IMG/VR virus record: IMGVR_UViG_3300037067_015039
Span: 32,001-96,000 of that record
DNA length: 64,000 nucleotides
Reading direction: 5' to 3' (one strand)
From: a virus
Taxonomy: Duplodnaviria; Caudoviricetes
This document shows positions 63,384 to 64,000 of this stretch, piece by piece. The stretch's first letter is position 1, and each line of letters opens with the position of its first letter. The notes beneath the pieces were generated by a model. That model saw only the letters and a program-made list of their open reading frames with translations, had not been told where the DNA came from and did not search any database. A program made the position numbers and the translations under genes.

Positions 63384-63857
63384 CTATTTAGTAATTTTAT
63401 CTGCGTTCAAAAGGATGAGATTGCCTATAGCACTCAACACCAGGCCCACTGCCACCCATATCAACGGCCGTATTATACCCCACCACTTTTCCGAATCCTT
63501 TTTCGCTGCTACCTGGGTGGTGATTTCCAGTTTAATTTTTTCCAATTCTTGCCTGACTGTTATTGGCACAGGGAAATTACCAGCCGCTAAGGCATTCGCA
63601 AATTCCTGTACTTTATCCTTAACAGGGCATTCTATCTTATGATTCCTGATTTCATCCTTATTTTGTTCAGTTCTTAGATATAGTTCTTTGACCGATCCAT
63701 TTAACTTTGCCAAATGATCAATCACATGTTTTTGACCGACATCGAGAGTATTTGTTGAGAGCTTGATTTCTACCTGTCCTTTATCTAAAGAAATTATAGA
63801 GGTTCTCAATTCATTAAGTTCGTTACACACATGGACTTGAAATTCATCAGGAGTCAT
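63384..63857 (-). CDS. Coiled-coil protein with C-terminal TM (holin/lysis-associated)
   Basis: HLAKLNGSV motif, C-terminal hydrophobic helix. Confidence 0.55.
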   Translation of the reverse strand: MTPDEFQVHVCNELNELRTSIISLDKGQVEIKLSTNTLDVGQKHVIDHLAKLNGSVKELYLRTEQNKDEIRNHKIECPVKDKVQEFANALAAGNFPVPITVRQELEKIKLEITTQVAAKKDSEKWWGIIRPLIWVAVGLVLSAIGNLILLNADKITK

Positions 63858-64000
63858 ACGTAGAGATCCTATAAAAAAAGCATATTGCATGGGAAGAGCT
63901 CCAAAAACATGTTGTCCGATACTTCAACATCTTTTAAGCTCCACTTAGTCTTCTGGAGGTTCCGGAAGACTTCCGCTTGTATCATCAGGTGGAGACTGCA

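Overview
A 64-kb slice of a large tailed-phage (or prophage) genome in the standard genetic code. Left to right: terminase large subunit N-terminus (runs off the left edge, absent from the ORF track); a tRNA cluster (Glu, Ser, Gln, Pro) with an HNH gene and a GGQ release-factor-like gene; a Ro60/TROVE-like (HEAT+vWA) gene preceded by about 2 kb of densely structured non-coding RNA; a J-domain pseudokinase / vWA / PurA-like trio; a long minus-strand run of small accessory genes (EndoVII, DUF5131, ASCH-like, RusA, HD hydrolase, dUTPase, Mom-like, HTHs); a non-coding strand-switch region; a plus-strand early-type region whose genes share a two-hairpin leader; a minimal tyrosine recombinase with a shrunken tRNA(CAU); a methyltransferase/glycosyltransferase cluster; a replication/recombination operon (DnaB, DnaC-like, initiator with iterons, SSB, SbcCD); and lysis/membrane genes. 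The best candidate for a new system is the Ro60-associated array: seven RNA units share a covarying scaffold (stem-YACUG-stem-ACAU|G...payload...|AA-stem-CGACUU-stem) but carry different tRNA-derived payloads. In three units, joining the payload ends exactly restores a tRNA helix (Leu-UAG, Gly-UCC, and a UUA ochre-type tRNA), suggesting circularly permuted or circularised tRNA mimics. The array also contains an HNH gene, other structured RNAs and a solitary type I-C CRISPR repeat. All assignments come from manual motif reading; no database searches were run.
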